A DNA stretch of 27,785 nucleotides from Bdellovibrionota bacterium (lineage in GTDB: Bacteria; Bdellovibrionota_C; UBA2361; OMII01): contig JBIKWQ010000046.1 in the NCBI GenBank assembly GCA_044356215.1, positions 1 through 27,785 of the forward strand. Reading direction: 5' to 3'. Below the pieces are notes generated by a model. The model did not search any database. It saw only the letters and a program-made list of their open reading frames with translations, and was not told where the DNA came from. How positions within the stretch are numbered: the first letter of the stretch is position 1; each line of letters begins with the position of its first letter. Positions 9,201 to 17,277 of the stretch are shown here, in pieces. The translations under genes were made by a program, and so were the position numbers.

Positions 9201-9275
9201 CTACCTGGCCTCTGCCTTACAAGGCGGCTCAAAAAAGTAGTAGCTAAAAAAATACGATAGCGATGCATTAGTCAT
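9201..9275 (-). CDS. Phe/Tyr-rich attenuator leader peptide, MTNASLSYFFSYYFFEPPCKAEAR (24 aa)
   Basis: Read by hand: ATG ACT AAT GCA TCG CTA TCG TAT TTT TTT AGC TAC TAC TTT TTT GAG CCG CCT TGT AAG GCA GAG GCC AGG TAG. Seven of eight consecutive codons are Phe or Tyr, followed by an antiterminator and terminator. Confidence 0.9.
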   Translation of the reverse strand: MTNASLSYFFSYYFFEPPCKAEAR

Positions 9276-9282
9276 ACTGGGG

Positions 9283-9311
9283 AGAATAAAGCGTTTGGTT
9301 GGCATAAGCAA
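9283..9311 (-). promoter_or_regulatory. Putative sigma70 promoter of the leader/pheA operon
   Basis: TTGCTT (9311-9306), 17 bp spacer, TATTCT (9288-9283), 7 nt, then the leader ATG. There is no SD in those 7 nt. Confidence 0.6.
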
Positions 9312-9535
9312 CAGAGAATCCCAGAGGCATTATGACAAGGTTTTAAAATCTTGCCCAACTTGACTGATATGGATCTATGTAGTGATTTCAGGTGGTTGCA
9401 TCTGGTTACTGGTATTGGTTCTCAGGATGGGCCATCAAATACCATTTCTTCTGGTGCCAAGAGACTTTTTTCTGCGGTATAGTCCAGTGCGCTTGCGGTA
9501 AGTGGGGCGGGTGTCAATAGCGAGAGAGTCTCTCG

Positions 9536-9552
9536 TTGGCACCTGCGTTGCA
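9536..9552 (+). promoter_or_regulatory. Sigma54 (-24/-12) promoter for the outer-membrane protein gene
   Basis: TTGGCAC-CTGCG-TTGCA matches the TGGCAC-N5-TTGCW consensus exactly; predicted TSS is near 9563. Confidence 0.75.
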
Positions 9553-9592
9553 GTCCGCCAGTGTTTAAACCTGCGGTGGGCCATGTGCGATA

Positions 9593-9805
9593 TTTTTCGT
9601 CTCAAGTTTGGGACGGGGAATGCCGTAACTCGGTAGCAGTTGGTTAGGGCTCTTAAGGATACGACAGTGAGCCTGGTGAAACGGTAAATGTGTATCGCGC
9701 ATCATACGTTTCTCTCGGAAGCTGGCGTAGAAGGAAACCGAGCCCCACGTGCGGGTAGTAGCACGAGTTAACTAAACGCGCCCTGTAGACAGAGGCGTTA
9801 TTTTT
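9593..9805 (+). ncRNA. Candidate structured 5' leader RNA, family not recognised
   Basis: Hairpins 9593-9620 (12 bp, G-U rich) and 9621-9635; long-range helix 9640-9652 with 9765-9775 enclosing GAUAC/GUAUC and GUUUCU/GGAAAC stems; hairpin 9778-9798 followed by UAUUUUU just before SD GGGAG. Confidence 0.4.
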
Positions 9806-9819
9806 GGGAGTGTATACAC

Positions 9820-10950
9820 ATGAAAATAGTAGGAAAGGTGGTGGCAGTGTCTGTCGCGTCTGTTGCCGCGGCATCTTTTAGCTACGCCGATGAGAAGGCT
9901 CACGATTTTTATTTCCAACAGAATCAACAGCGCTTCATCGTGCAACCTCAGAATGCTCGTATGTTCGGTATGGCTGGAAGCACCGCTTTAACAGCGGCGA
10001 ACAGCTTGAGTACGGTAAACAACCCAGCCGGACTCGGTATGATGAAGTACGGTGAGGTTTCAGCCGCTTACGGTTACAACGAGATCACTGGAAACACCCA
10101 GGGTGGAGCTAGTGTGAAGGATAAGCAGAGTTCTGGCCAGGTTTATGGCGCTACTCCTATTGGTCCAGTAAAGGGCGGTCTTCCTGACTACGGAAACTTC
10201 GGTCTCGGATGGTATGGAAGGAGTGGTGATTGGTCAAATGATCCACAGAACACAGACACTGGAACCTACCAGGTTTCTGGAGGTTATGGAAAAGCGATCA
10301 GCGATAACGTAGCGCTCGGTTATGGACTGACCTATCAGAATGACTCAGTCGATTTCGACGGTGGCAAGTATGATTCAAGTGAGAGCTTCCTGCACAATGT
10401 TGGTCTCCAGTATATGGAGTCCAAGGATCTAGTGCTTGGAACAACGCTCACAATTGGCCATGGAAGTCATGACCTAGAGGGAGTTTTGGCTGATCAGACA
10501 GTTGACCAGTTTTCAGTAGGTATCGCCGCTGGAGCTGAGTACATGATGGATGATACAACTCTCGGATTCGGTATCGACTACACAAACTACGATAACAGCG
10601 GAGATAACAATCTCGCTAATCGCACAGGATGGGGTGGAGATTCAACAGGTAAGGCTATGAACGTACGTCTCGGTCTTGAGCAGCGCTTAAATGAGTGGTT
10701 CGCTGTTCGCGGAGGTTATCGTTATGCCTCTAACTTTGACTGGGATTATGACCGCGCCGGTCTAAGCGATCTCAGCGGAAGCGCCAAGTACAACGCTTGG
10801 ACTCTAGGAGCTGGCCTCAACTACGCGTTTGACGAAGGTGACTTCATTCGCGCTATCATGGTTGACTACGGCGTAGAGTACCGCGACGTAGGAAACAAGG
10901 ACTGGCAGCACCTAGTATCTGTAGCCGCTCCGTTCGATCTCTGCATGTAA
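9820..10950 (+). CDS. Outer-membrane beta-barrel protein, FadL/TodX/PorV-like
   Basis: Signal peptide (..ASFSYA/DE); N-terminal NARMFGMAG...NNPAGLG motif typical of this clan; alternating amphipathic beta-strands; SD GGGAG. Confidence 0.8.
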   Translation: MKIVGKVVAVSVASVAAASFSYADEKAHDFYFQQNQQRFIVQPQNARMFGMAGSTALTAANSLSTVNNPAGLGMMKYGEVSAAYGYNEITGNTQGGASVKDKQSSGQVYGATPIGPVKGGLPDYGNFGLGWYGRSGDWSNDPQNTDTGTYQVSGGYGKAISDNVALGYGLTYQNDSVDFDGGKYDSSESFLHNVGLQYMESKDLVLGTTLTIGHGSHDLEGVLADQTVDQFSVGIAAGAEYMMDDTTLGFGIDYTNYDNSGDNNLANRTGWGGDSTGKAMNVRLGLEQRLNEWFAVRGGYRYASNFDWDYDRAGLSDLSGSAKYNAWTLGAGLNYAFDEGDFIRAIMVDYGVEYRDVGNKDWQHLVSVAAPFDLCM

Positions 10951-10986
10951 TTGAAGAGATAGTTCGAAGTAGCTTTAGAGCTGCGT

Positions 10987-11019
10987 AAAACGGGGAGCCT
11001 TGAGCTCCCCGTTTTTTTT
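10987..11019. terminator. Bidirectional intrinsic terminator
   Basis: AAAA-CGGGGAGC-CTTGA-GCTCCCCG-TTTTTTTT between convergent genes. Confidence 0.9.
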
Positions 11020-11020
11020 G

Positions 11021-12103
11021 CTAAATCTCCTCGACGAAATCTTCCTCGGCCTGTTCAACGGAATTTTCCGAATCCACCTCATCGGACTTCGGCGTCGAAT
11101 CGACATCTTTTGTCTCTTTTGGCTGTTTTTCCACTTTAAATTTAGAGTCTATCCGCTCTTTGACACCATTTATCCATGCGGCGCCGATATCCTTATCCAG
11201 TGCGCCACTCTTAACCGCTTCTGATACGCCGCTTACAATAGTTTTATCATCCAGGCCAAACTGTTTGATGATGGAATTAACGTTGGCTCTTAGATCGTCG
11301 ATTGATTTCGCGTTGCTAAGCGCTGCGTTAGCGAGGTACCCAACGAAATCGCTCTGGACCTTCTGGTTTCCCTGGCTCAAGAATGCCACCACTGGGTTAA
11401 GCCATGAGATCGCGTACTTAGTTAGCGGATTCGTCATGTCAGTCTCAAACGGCCGTCTGCCGCCTAACTCAGCCTTTGGCCCGCCATCATAGCCGATATT
11501 AAAACGAGATCCGTTGGCAAGCCCGATGGTGTAGTTTTCGTCTATGACGCCACGCTCTTGCAGAAAGGATCGGATCTGGTCACGGACTTTCTGATCCGCG
11601 TGTTTGCCGGTCTTGATACATCCAAGAAGTCCACCGGCCAAAGCGCCTACAGCCGCCCCGATTGCGGTTCCGGTGCCAGGAAGGATCATGGTGCCGATAG
11701 CGGCTCCTAAGGCTGTTCCACTGGCGGCCCCCTTTGCCGGCGTTGAGCGTCCCCAGTTAGCCGCGATATCGGCCGCTCCAACTATTGCGCCCATTATTCC
11801 CGCCCACTCCGAGGCGACACCCACTGTAGCTAAAGCAGTGGCAGCACCAGAAGTGTCTGTAACGCCTTTTCCCTTGGTGGTTTTTGTAGCTTCCGTTCTC
11901 TTGGATTCCTTATCCGAGACTTTTCCTGCTTTAGCTTCCTTCCCTTCAGCTCCGGAGAGCTGCAAGCCGAGGCTGATCGCCATTGGGAGTATATCCGTTA
12001 GGATTGAATTAGCCTTCTCTCTGCGGGAGTGCTGCTCATTAATTTGAGCTCGATACCCGCGGTTTTCCTCGTTAGGGCTCTTATTTGGCTCTATTCTCGT
12101 CAT
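11021..12103 (-). CDS. Hypothetical protein with a glycine-zipper hydrophobic hairpin and an acidic tail
   Basis: Long ORF containing GAASGTALGAAIGTMILPGTGTAIGAAVGALAGGLLG. Start taken at ATG 12103 with SD GGAG. Confidence 0.8.
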   Translation of the reverse strand: MTRIEPNKSPNEENRGYRAQINEQHSRREKANSILTDILPMAISLGLQLSGAEGKEAKAGKVSDKESKRTEATKTTKGKGVTDTSGAATALATVGVASEWAGIMGAIVGAADIAANWGRSTPAKGAASGTALGAAIGTMILPGTGTAIGAAVGALAGGLLGCIKTGKHADQKVRDQIRSFLQERGVIDENYTIGLANGSRFNIGYDGGPKAELGGRRPFETDMTNPLTKYAISWLNPVVAFLSQGNQKVQSDFVGYLANAALSNAKSIDDLRANVNSIIKQFGLDDKTIVSGVSEAVKSGALDKDIGAAWINGVKERIDSKFKVEKQPKETKDVDSTPKSDEVDSENSVEQAEEDFVEEI

Positions 12104-12251
12104 AAATGATATCTCCATATAGGCAGCGTCTTTGACCGCCAACTGCCGGATTTATTTCTAGTCATTACTATTTCTCTGGCGGCAGGAGACCTTTCGATCC
12201 TTGAGGACGGATTGTTGCGTTAATCAGTTTGCTTGGAAAAAGCCGTAGCTA

Positions 12252-12268
12252 CGCACCTGATTTGCCAA
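12252..12268 (-). promoter_or_regulatory. Possible sigma54 promoter for the glycine-zipper gene
   Basis: Minus strand TTGGCAA-ATCAG-GTGCG: GG-N10-GC spacing is correct, with partial consensus. Confidence 0.4.
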
Positions 12269-12374
12269 AAAGCCTAACTTGCGGGTATCGGTGCACAATG
12301 TTTACACTTGAGGGTAATTTGTGCGTTCTTGCCAAACAGCCAGAACGCCGAGATCAGTTGTGTATGCTTGTTTT

Positions 12375-12941
12375 ATGAAAGTTTTTAATCCGTCGGCGGC
12401 GAAAGCCACGGCTTCGTTGTTAGTGGGCATGTCCTTACCCTTGCTTGGTTGCGGAGATAACAATCCCATCAACCCAGCCAATCGGACCGAGGTAAGTGAG
12501 ATCAGCGCTGACGATTCCTCTATCCAGCGGGGGGACGGAACGGTTGTTAGGGTAAATTTTATATTTAATAGCAGCCAGGTTTTTCTTAATCGCGAGGATG
12601 TCAATTTAGTCATCCGCCTCGATCCTGGATTGGTATACCGAAATGAGTCCGGCGAGCTTTCAGGTTTTGGTTCTCGAGACAGGGATGTGGATCCCAGTGT
12701 GATTCAGTGTCCAGATGGAGCTAGCTTTCTAGTTTTTGATCTGGGAAGATCTCAGCTTGATGACGCTGAGGTATTCGGGTCTCCTTCTAGCGCGCAACTT
12801 AAATTTACCGCTGATGGCGTCAATGAGACAAAGAACGCAGCTATTGAGGCGCGTGCTGATGAGGGTGAGATTCCCTTTGATTGCGCCGAAAATTTCAGGT
12901 CTGATGAGCAAGAGTTTGTAAGTGTGGAAGCTCGTAGTTGA
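12375..12941 (+). CDS. Putative lipoprotein, beta-rich
   Basis: MKVFNPSAAKATASLLVGMSLPLLG-C lipobox from ATG 12375. Confidence 0.75.
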   Translation: MKVFNPSAAKATASLLVGMSLPLLGCGDNNPINPANRTEVSEISADDSSIQRGDGTVVRVNFIFNSSQVFLNREDVNLVIRLDPGLVYRNESGELSGFGSRDRDVDPSVIQCPDGASFLVFDLGRSQLDDAEVFGSPSSAQLKFTADGVNETKNAAIEARADEGEIPFDCAENFRSDEQEFVSVEARS

Positions 12942-13917
12942 ATATCGCAGGAGGTGTTCGGCGCGTCCTCTTTGGTTGAGCGTCTTGGTCGTGATTCTGG
13001 CGATCTCTAGTTGTGTTTCCGCAGATGATGTTATTAATCCCGGCTATAACCGCGACTATGTCGAGGAGGTTCTCAATGAATCAGTTAATACCAACACGCT
13101 TTTCGCGTCGCATGAGTTAATATCGAACGGTCGATTCCTAAAGAGGCGTATCAATCAGCCCGACACCAAGTACGAGATGTTTAGGCTCCCGGTAGAGCTT
13201 TTGTTGACTGAGAAAACGGATTCGGTAAGACCTTTTATAAAGACCGGATTCGGCCTCCTTAAGGTAACCGGAGGAGCTACTTCGATAGATGGTCGCGGAG
13301 AGAGCGATTTTTCGATCACCAAGTCATTAACGTTGCTTTCGGGAGCGGGTGTATATATTGATCTTGCTGATGGATTGTCGATTGCCCCCGCAATAATGGT
13401 CTCTTACACGCACTTAAATAATCAATACGATTTTAATAATCCTTACAGTCAGGATGTCTTGAGCGGGCAGTTCGGTGATTTCTACAACTGGAATCTCGAC
13501 CTATTCACATACACTCCGCAGCTTCGGATTATTTATCAGGAGCAGTTAGGTCCCGGTCGGTTCCGGTATGTTTTATCAGCGTCGCAATTATTCAATGATT
13601 CATTTCACAGTACTAGCGCGGACGTAAAGATTAATTCAGCCTCAGGATTGGTCTCGAATCGTTTTGAGTATCAGCGGGATTTGGGGGTGTCTCTTGGTAC
13701 CGCGGCTGTCGCGCTACAGCCATTTTTCCAGTGGGGCTACATAAGTGGGAGAGCAGCCGCTGGGCTCAATTTCGTTAATATGTATGAGGTCGGTGCGGAC
13801 TTTATATTCAGACTTAAGGAGAAACTCGCCGGAATGACTGAGATCTATGTTGGCGCGAGTTATGTTTCAGCTGATAGCTTCGAGGGATATCACGTGGGAT
13901 TAGGCGCGCATTTTTAG
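12922..13917 (+). CDS. Outer-membrane beta-barrel protein (solitary autotransporter-barrel-like)
   Basis: Signal-like N-terminus, amphipathic strands and a C-terminal BAM signal YHVGLGAHF. The exact start is uncertain. Confidence 0.7.
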   Translation: MWKLVVEYRRRCSARPLWLSVLVVILAISSCVSADDVINPGYNRDYVEEVLNESVNTNTLFASHELISNGRFLKRRINQPDTKYEMFRLPVELLLTEKTDSVRPFIKTGFGLLKVTGGATSIDGRGESDFSITKSLTLLSGAGVYIDLADGLSIAPAIMVSYTHLNNQYDFNNPYSQDVLSGQFGDFYNWNLDLFTYTPQLRIIYQEQLGPGRFRYVLSASQLFNDSFHSTSADVKINSASGLVSNRFEYQRDLGVSLGTAAVALQPFFQWGYISGRAAAGLNFVNMYEVGADFIFRLKEKLAGMTEIYVGASYVSADSFEGYHVGLGAHF

Positions 13918-13929
13918 GAAGCTTACTAG

Positions 13930-14610
13930 ATGACGGACAAAACCCTTATAGTAGCAGCGACCGGTTTTGAGGTGGAACCTACACTTGACGCGTTGGGGAT
14001 TAGAGAGCCGCGTGCGCAGGGGCTCGGCGTATCTGGCCTGTGCCTTGAGTCAGAGCGAGTGGATTGTCTAATAACAGGGGTAGGGCAGCTTCAGTGCGCG
14101 GCTCGTTTAATGTCCCGGCTTTGTGAGCGTGAGTATAGCCGCGTGATACAGGCCGGAATAGCCGGCAGTTTCTCTGAGATCTACCCTAAGCTCGCTGTCG
14201 TCAACGTAACGGAAGAGGTCTTGGGTGATTTCGGAGCGGAGGGAGACGGTAGCTTCCTAGATATCGGTGATATGGGGCTTTTGCCGCGGGAAAGCGCGCC
14301 ATTTACGGAGGGGGTTTTGCGGGTTGAAAGACCGGTTGACCTGCGCGGACTAAAGTTGCCTGAGGTTCGTTCTGTCACTGTAAATCGAACCTTATCGGAC
14401 CCTCGTAGTATTGGATGGGTCACTGGGCGCTACTCTCCTGATGTTGTTAACATGGAGGGGGCCGCTTTCTTTTATGTTTGCTTAACCAAGGGTGTGCCAT
14501 TCGTTGAGCTTCGAGCGATCTCAGATATGGTTGGACCGCGGGACAAATCAAGCTGGGATATTAAGGGCGCTATCCAGGCGTTGAATATGGCCCTGCTTGA
14601 GTTAGTCTAG
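13930..14610 (+). CDS. mqnB: Futalosine hydrolase (PNP/MTA-nucleosidase fold)
   Basis: IVAATGFE, ITGVG, AGIAGSF, TVN, NMEGAAFFY and ELRAISD.VGPRDKSSWDI are typical of MqnB. Confidence 0.8.
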   Translation: MTDKTLIVAATGFEVEPTLDALGIREPRAQGLGVSGLCLESERVDCLITGVGQLQCAARLMSRLCEREYSRVIQAGIAGSFSEIYPKLAVVNVTEEVLGDFGAEGDGSFLDIGDMGLLPRESAPFTEGVLRVERPVDLRGLKLPEVRSVTVNRTLSDPRSIGWVTGRYSPDVVNMEGAAFFYVCLTKGVPFVELRAISDMVGPRDKSSWDIKGAIQALNMALLELV

Positions 14611-15205
14611 CAAAGGTCTCTCTCGCTCTATCCGTAACGGCCTCGATAGTTGAGACGTTGTGGATCACAAAATCACTCTTGGAGATTTTTTCGCTATCCG
14701 GAAGCTGCGCTTTTAATCTTAGTTGAGCCGACTGCAGTGAGAATCCGTCACGTGCCATTATACGCGAGATCTTAAGATCGTCTGGTGCTGCTACTAATAC
14801 TACTTTCTCAATCTCCGGCATTTTGCGGCGAGATTCAAAATAAAGTGGAACTACATACACGATAATCGCGGGCTTGGTTTGTCTAAGTTTGTCTAAATCT
14901 TTAAGCCACAACTGTCTAATTTTAGGGTGTAGGATCTCTTCGACCTTTAGCCGAGCGGCTTCATCCGCGAATATTATCGCCGCTAATTTAGACCTGTTTA
15001 GGGATCCATCGGCTAGCACCAAAACTTCGGAAGGAAAAGCTTTCTGCAGTTCCTTAAGGCCCTCTGAGCCTGGAGCGACGACCTCGCGGGCGAGGATGTC
15101 GGCGTCTACGATAGCTGCCCCCCATGACTTAAATAGTCCAGCGACCAGAGATTTTCCCGACCCTATGCCGCCTGTCAAAGCTACTACTTTGGTGTGTGAT
15201 TCCAT
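14570..15205 (-). CDS. coaE: Dephospho-CoA kinase
   Basis: LTGGIGSGKS, DADILAREVV, LNRSKLAAIIF, ILHPKI and RIMARDG. Confidence 0.95.
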   Translation of the reverse strand: MESHTKVVALTGGIGSGKSLVAGLFKSWGAAIVDADILAREVVAPGSEGLKELQKAFPSEVLVLADGSLNRSKLAAIIFADEAARLKVEEILHPKIRQLWLKDLDKLRQTKPAIIVYVVPLYFESRRKMPEIEKVVLVAAPDDLKISRIMARDGFSLQSAQLRLKAQLPDSEKISKSDFVIHNVSTIEAVTDRARETFARLTQAGPYSTPG

Positions 15206-15337
15206 TTATAAATACCGACCGTAATGTAGTTACGAGGTTACAAGACCCGAGAAAAGAGGGATATAGCTCTTTTCACCTTGCTCAGGTCCCTGTATCGTTT
15301 CGGTAGTAAACGGGCAAGCATGCGCCAAAGGTAATAT

Positions 15338-15994
15338 ATGATAGACGAAAAGATAGAAGAGACAGATTTGACCCCAGACGATAAGAATGAGCCGCTCACA
15401 CTGGAGGACGTTGCTGAAGAGGGGCTGGTCTCAACCCCGCGTTCCCGTGGCCAGGCGACGGAAGAAGATGATGAGACCTGGACGAATCAACCAAAAGGGG
15501 CTGGTGCTGAAGAAAATATCGAAGCATCTGGCGACGATCTTGATGATGAAGACGCTGAAGATGAAGAGGCTGAGCAGGCGAGAGCTCCGCGTCGCCCTAT
15601 TCAGAACGGTCGCGATGTGGTTTGCGATGAGCTTCCGGATAGAGCGCAGAGAGCTGCGCTGCGACTAAAGCCATTTCTGACCGGATCTATAGTTTTTGAC
15701 TTTACTAATTCCGGCGAGCGTTTTCTCTTTGATTGGAGAGATGACGCCCCCTCAACTAAGCCTCTTGCTAGGGAAGTTGGTGTGACGTGTGACGAGGCCA
15801 AAGGATTTATTAATTCGGCTAGCGCGGCGAATGTTGACACTGTAATCGCGATTTCAGAAGCTCATTTGATGGCTGTCAGGTCGGGTTCTTTAAATCCTCA
15901 GGTTGGTATGCTGACCGAAAAGATTAAAGTGAAGGGTAAGGTTGGCCCGGCGGTTTATATCTTCAATCTAATCGCGCCGCGAGTGCGGCATTAG
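15338..15994 (+). CDS. SCP2 (sterol carrier/lipid-binding) domain protein with an acidic disordered N-terminus
   Basis: C-terminal DTVIAISEAHLMAVRSGSLNPQVGMLTEKIKVKG matches the SCP2 signature; the first ~80 aa are very D/E-rich. Confidence 0.7.
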   Translation: MIDEKIEETDLTPDDKNEPLTLEDVAEEGLVSTPRSRGQATEEDDETWTNQPKGAGAEENIEASGDDLDDEDAEDEEAEQARAPRRPIQNGRDVVCDELPDRAQRAALRLKPFLTGSIVFDFTNSGERFLFDWRDDAPSTKPLAREVGVTCDEAKGFINSASAANVDTVIAISEAHLMAVRSGSLNPQVGMLTEKIKVKGKVGPAVYIFNLIAPRVRH

Positions 15995-16037
15995 TTTGTC
16001 AGTAGCGCGAAGCAGCGCGTTATTTTACGAAGTTGTT

Positions 16038-17276
16038 ATGAGTTCTAGTCCCGTTACGGCGTTTACCTCAGTTAATTCGTGTGATTTTTTAGAAGCTCGG
16101 TATCTCGATCCGCACCAGGCCTTACTCCATGAAGAGCTTGAAGGATTACGCAAGGTTCAGCGTGAGCGCGCCACCAGTGGAGCCTCCATTTATGACCTGT
16201 CGATGGTAAATCCGGATATGGCTCCTCCTAGAGCTCTTCTTGATAGGTTGCTTGAATCAGTTACCAAGACCGCGAATCACCGTTACGCTGTATCGCGAGG
16301 GGTGCGTCGGCTGCGCGAAGGTTTTAGCGCGAAGTACAGGGCGAGATTCGGTCACGCGCTGGATCCAGAGACAGATATCTGCGTCTGCTTGGGAAGCAAG
16401 GACGCGACGTTTCACGCGTTACGGGTCCTGATTGAGCCAGGCGACAGAGTTATAGTTCCAGTACCCGCCTATCCAGCGCACCCATCGGCGGTAGCTCTTA
16501 CGGGTGGGCAGTGTATTCCATGGGCCGCGGGTAGAGATGCTAGCGAGGCGGCGGAGGCGCTTAAGGCTCTGATTGATCAGTCACGAGCTAGGGTCCTCTT
16601 ATTGAATTTCCCCTCTAATCCGATGGGGCTAACAGTAACACGACAGTGGTGGTTGGAGATCGGAAAGGTTTGCGCAGCGGCGAATGTGACGATCCTAAAC
16701 GATTTCGTGTACGGGGAGATGTGCTTTTCGGGGGAGCCCGCCCAAAGCGCGTTGTGCGCGGCGGAGGTTGGAGCAACCTGTGTAGAGGTCTATTCCCTAT
16801 CAAAAGCTTACAACGTTCCGGGCTGGAGGGTTGGCGCATTAGTTGGAGATACCGAAATAGTCTCCGCTGTTTCGCGTCTAAAGTCTCAAGCTGACTACGG
16901 ATTGTTTCTGCCGCTGCAGTATGCCGCGGCGCAGGCGCTGGTCTCCGGAGATGACCTTGTGAGCGCTACCGTTCAAACATATCATCGGCGCTTAAGGGTT
17001 CTTGGCGCTGGACTGACTGAACTAGGTTGGAGTGTGACGGCGCCTGAGGCTGGCGCCAGTATTTGGGCCAAGTACCCGGATAAGTTGTTAGCCGGCGAGA
17101 GGAGCTCTAAATTTAGCTCGGTCAATGTAGCGCGACATCTACTCGACCTATCGGGTGTGGTAGTAACACCGGGCATTTTGTTTGGCTCACGGTTCGATGA
17201 TTATGTTAGGCTAGCGGCGGTAACGAATGAGGAGCGCCTGAGAGATGTGGTTGGAGCGCTTCGTAAGGTGGCGTAG
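16038..17276 (+). CDS. PLP-dependent class I/II aminotransferase (AlaC/LL-DAP aminotransferase-like)
   Basis: DLSMVNPD, HRYAVSRG, LGSK, NFPSNP, DFVY and SLSKAYNVPGWRVG (PLP Lys). Start at ATG 16038 or TTG 15996. Confidence 0.9.
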   Translation: MSSSPVTAFTSVNSCDFLEARYLDPHQALLHEELEGLRKVQRERATSGASIYDLSMVNPDMAPPRALLDRLLESVTKTANHRYAVSRGVRRLREGFSAKYRARFGHALDPETDICVCLGSKDATFHALRVLIEPGDRVIVPVPAYPAHPSAVALTGGQCIPWAAGRDASEAAEALKALIDQSRARVLLLNFPSNPMGLTVTRQWWLEIGKVCAAANVTILNDFVYGEMCFSGEPAQSALCAAEVGATCVEVYSLSKAYNVPGWRVGALVGDTEIVSAVSRLKSQADYGLFLPLQYAAAQALVSGDDLVSATVQTYHRRLRVLGAGLTELGWSVTAPEAGASIWAKYPDKLLAGERSSKFSSVNVARHLLDLSGVVVTPGILFGSRFDDYVRLAAVTNEERLRDVVGALRKVA

Positions 17277-17277
17277 A

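Noticed and set aside
9610..9780. Resemblance to cobalamin, FMN or c-di-AMP riboswitches (GGGAAU, GGUGAAA, GUUAAC words)
   Set aside because: The remaining core motifs and their order are missing, so it is reported only as an unassigned structured leader.
9653..9874. 73-aa minus-strand ORF across the OMP leader
   Set aside because: Overlaps the OMP start and has no recognisable features. The region is better explained as a + strand UTR.
11160..12047. + strand ORFs 11160-11492 and 11604-12047 (Pro/Ala-rich)
   Set aside because: Mirror translation of the Gly/Ala-rich minus-strand gene.
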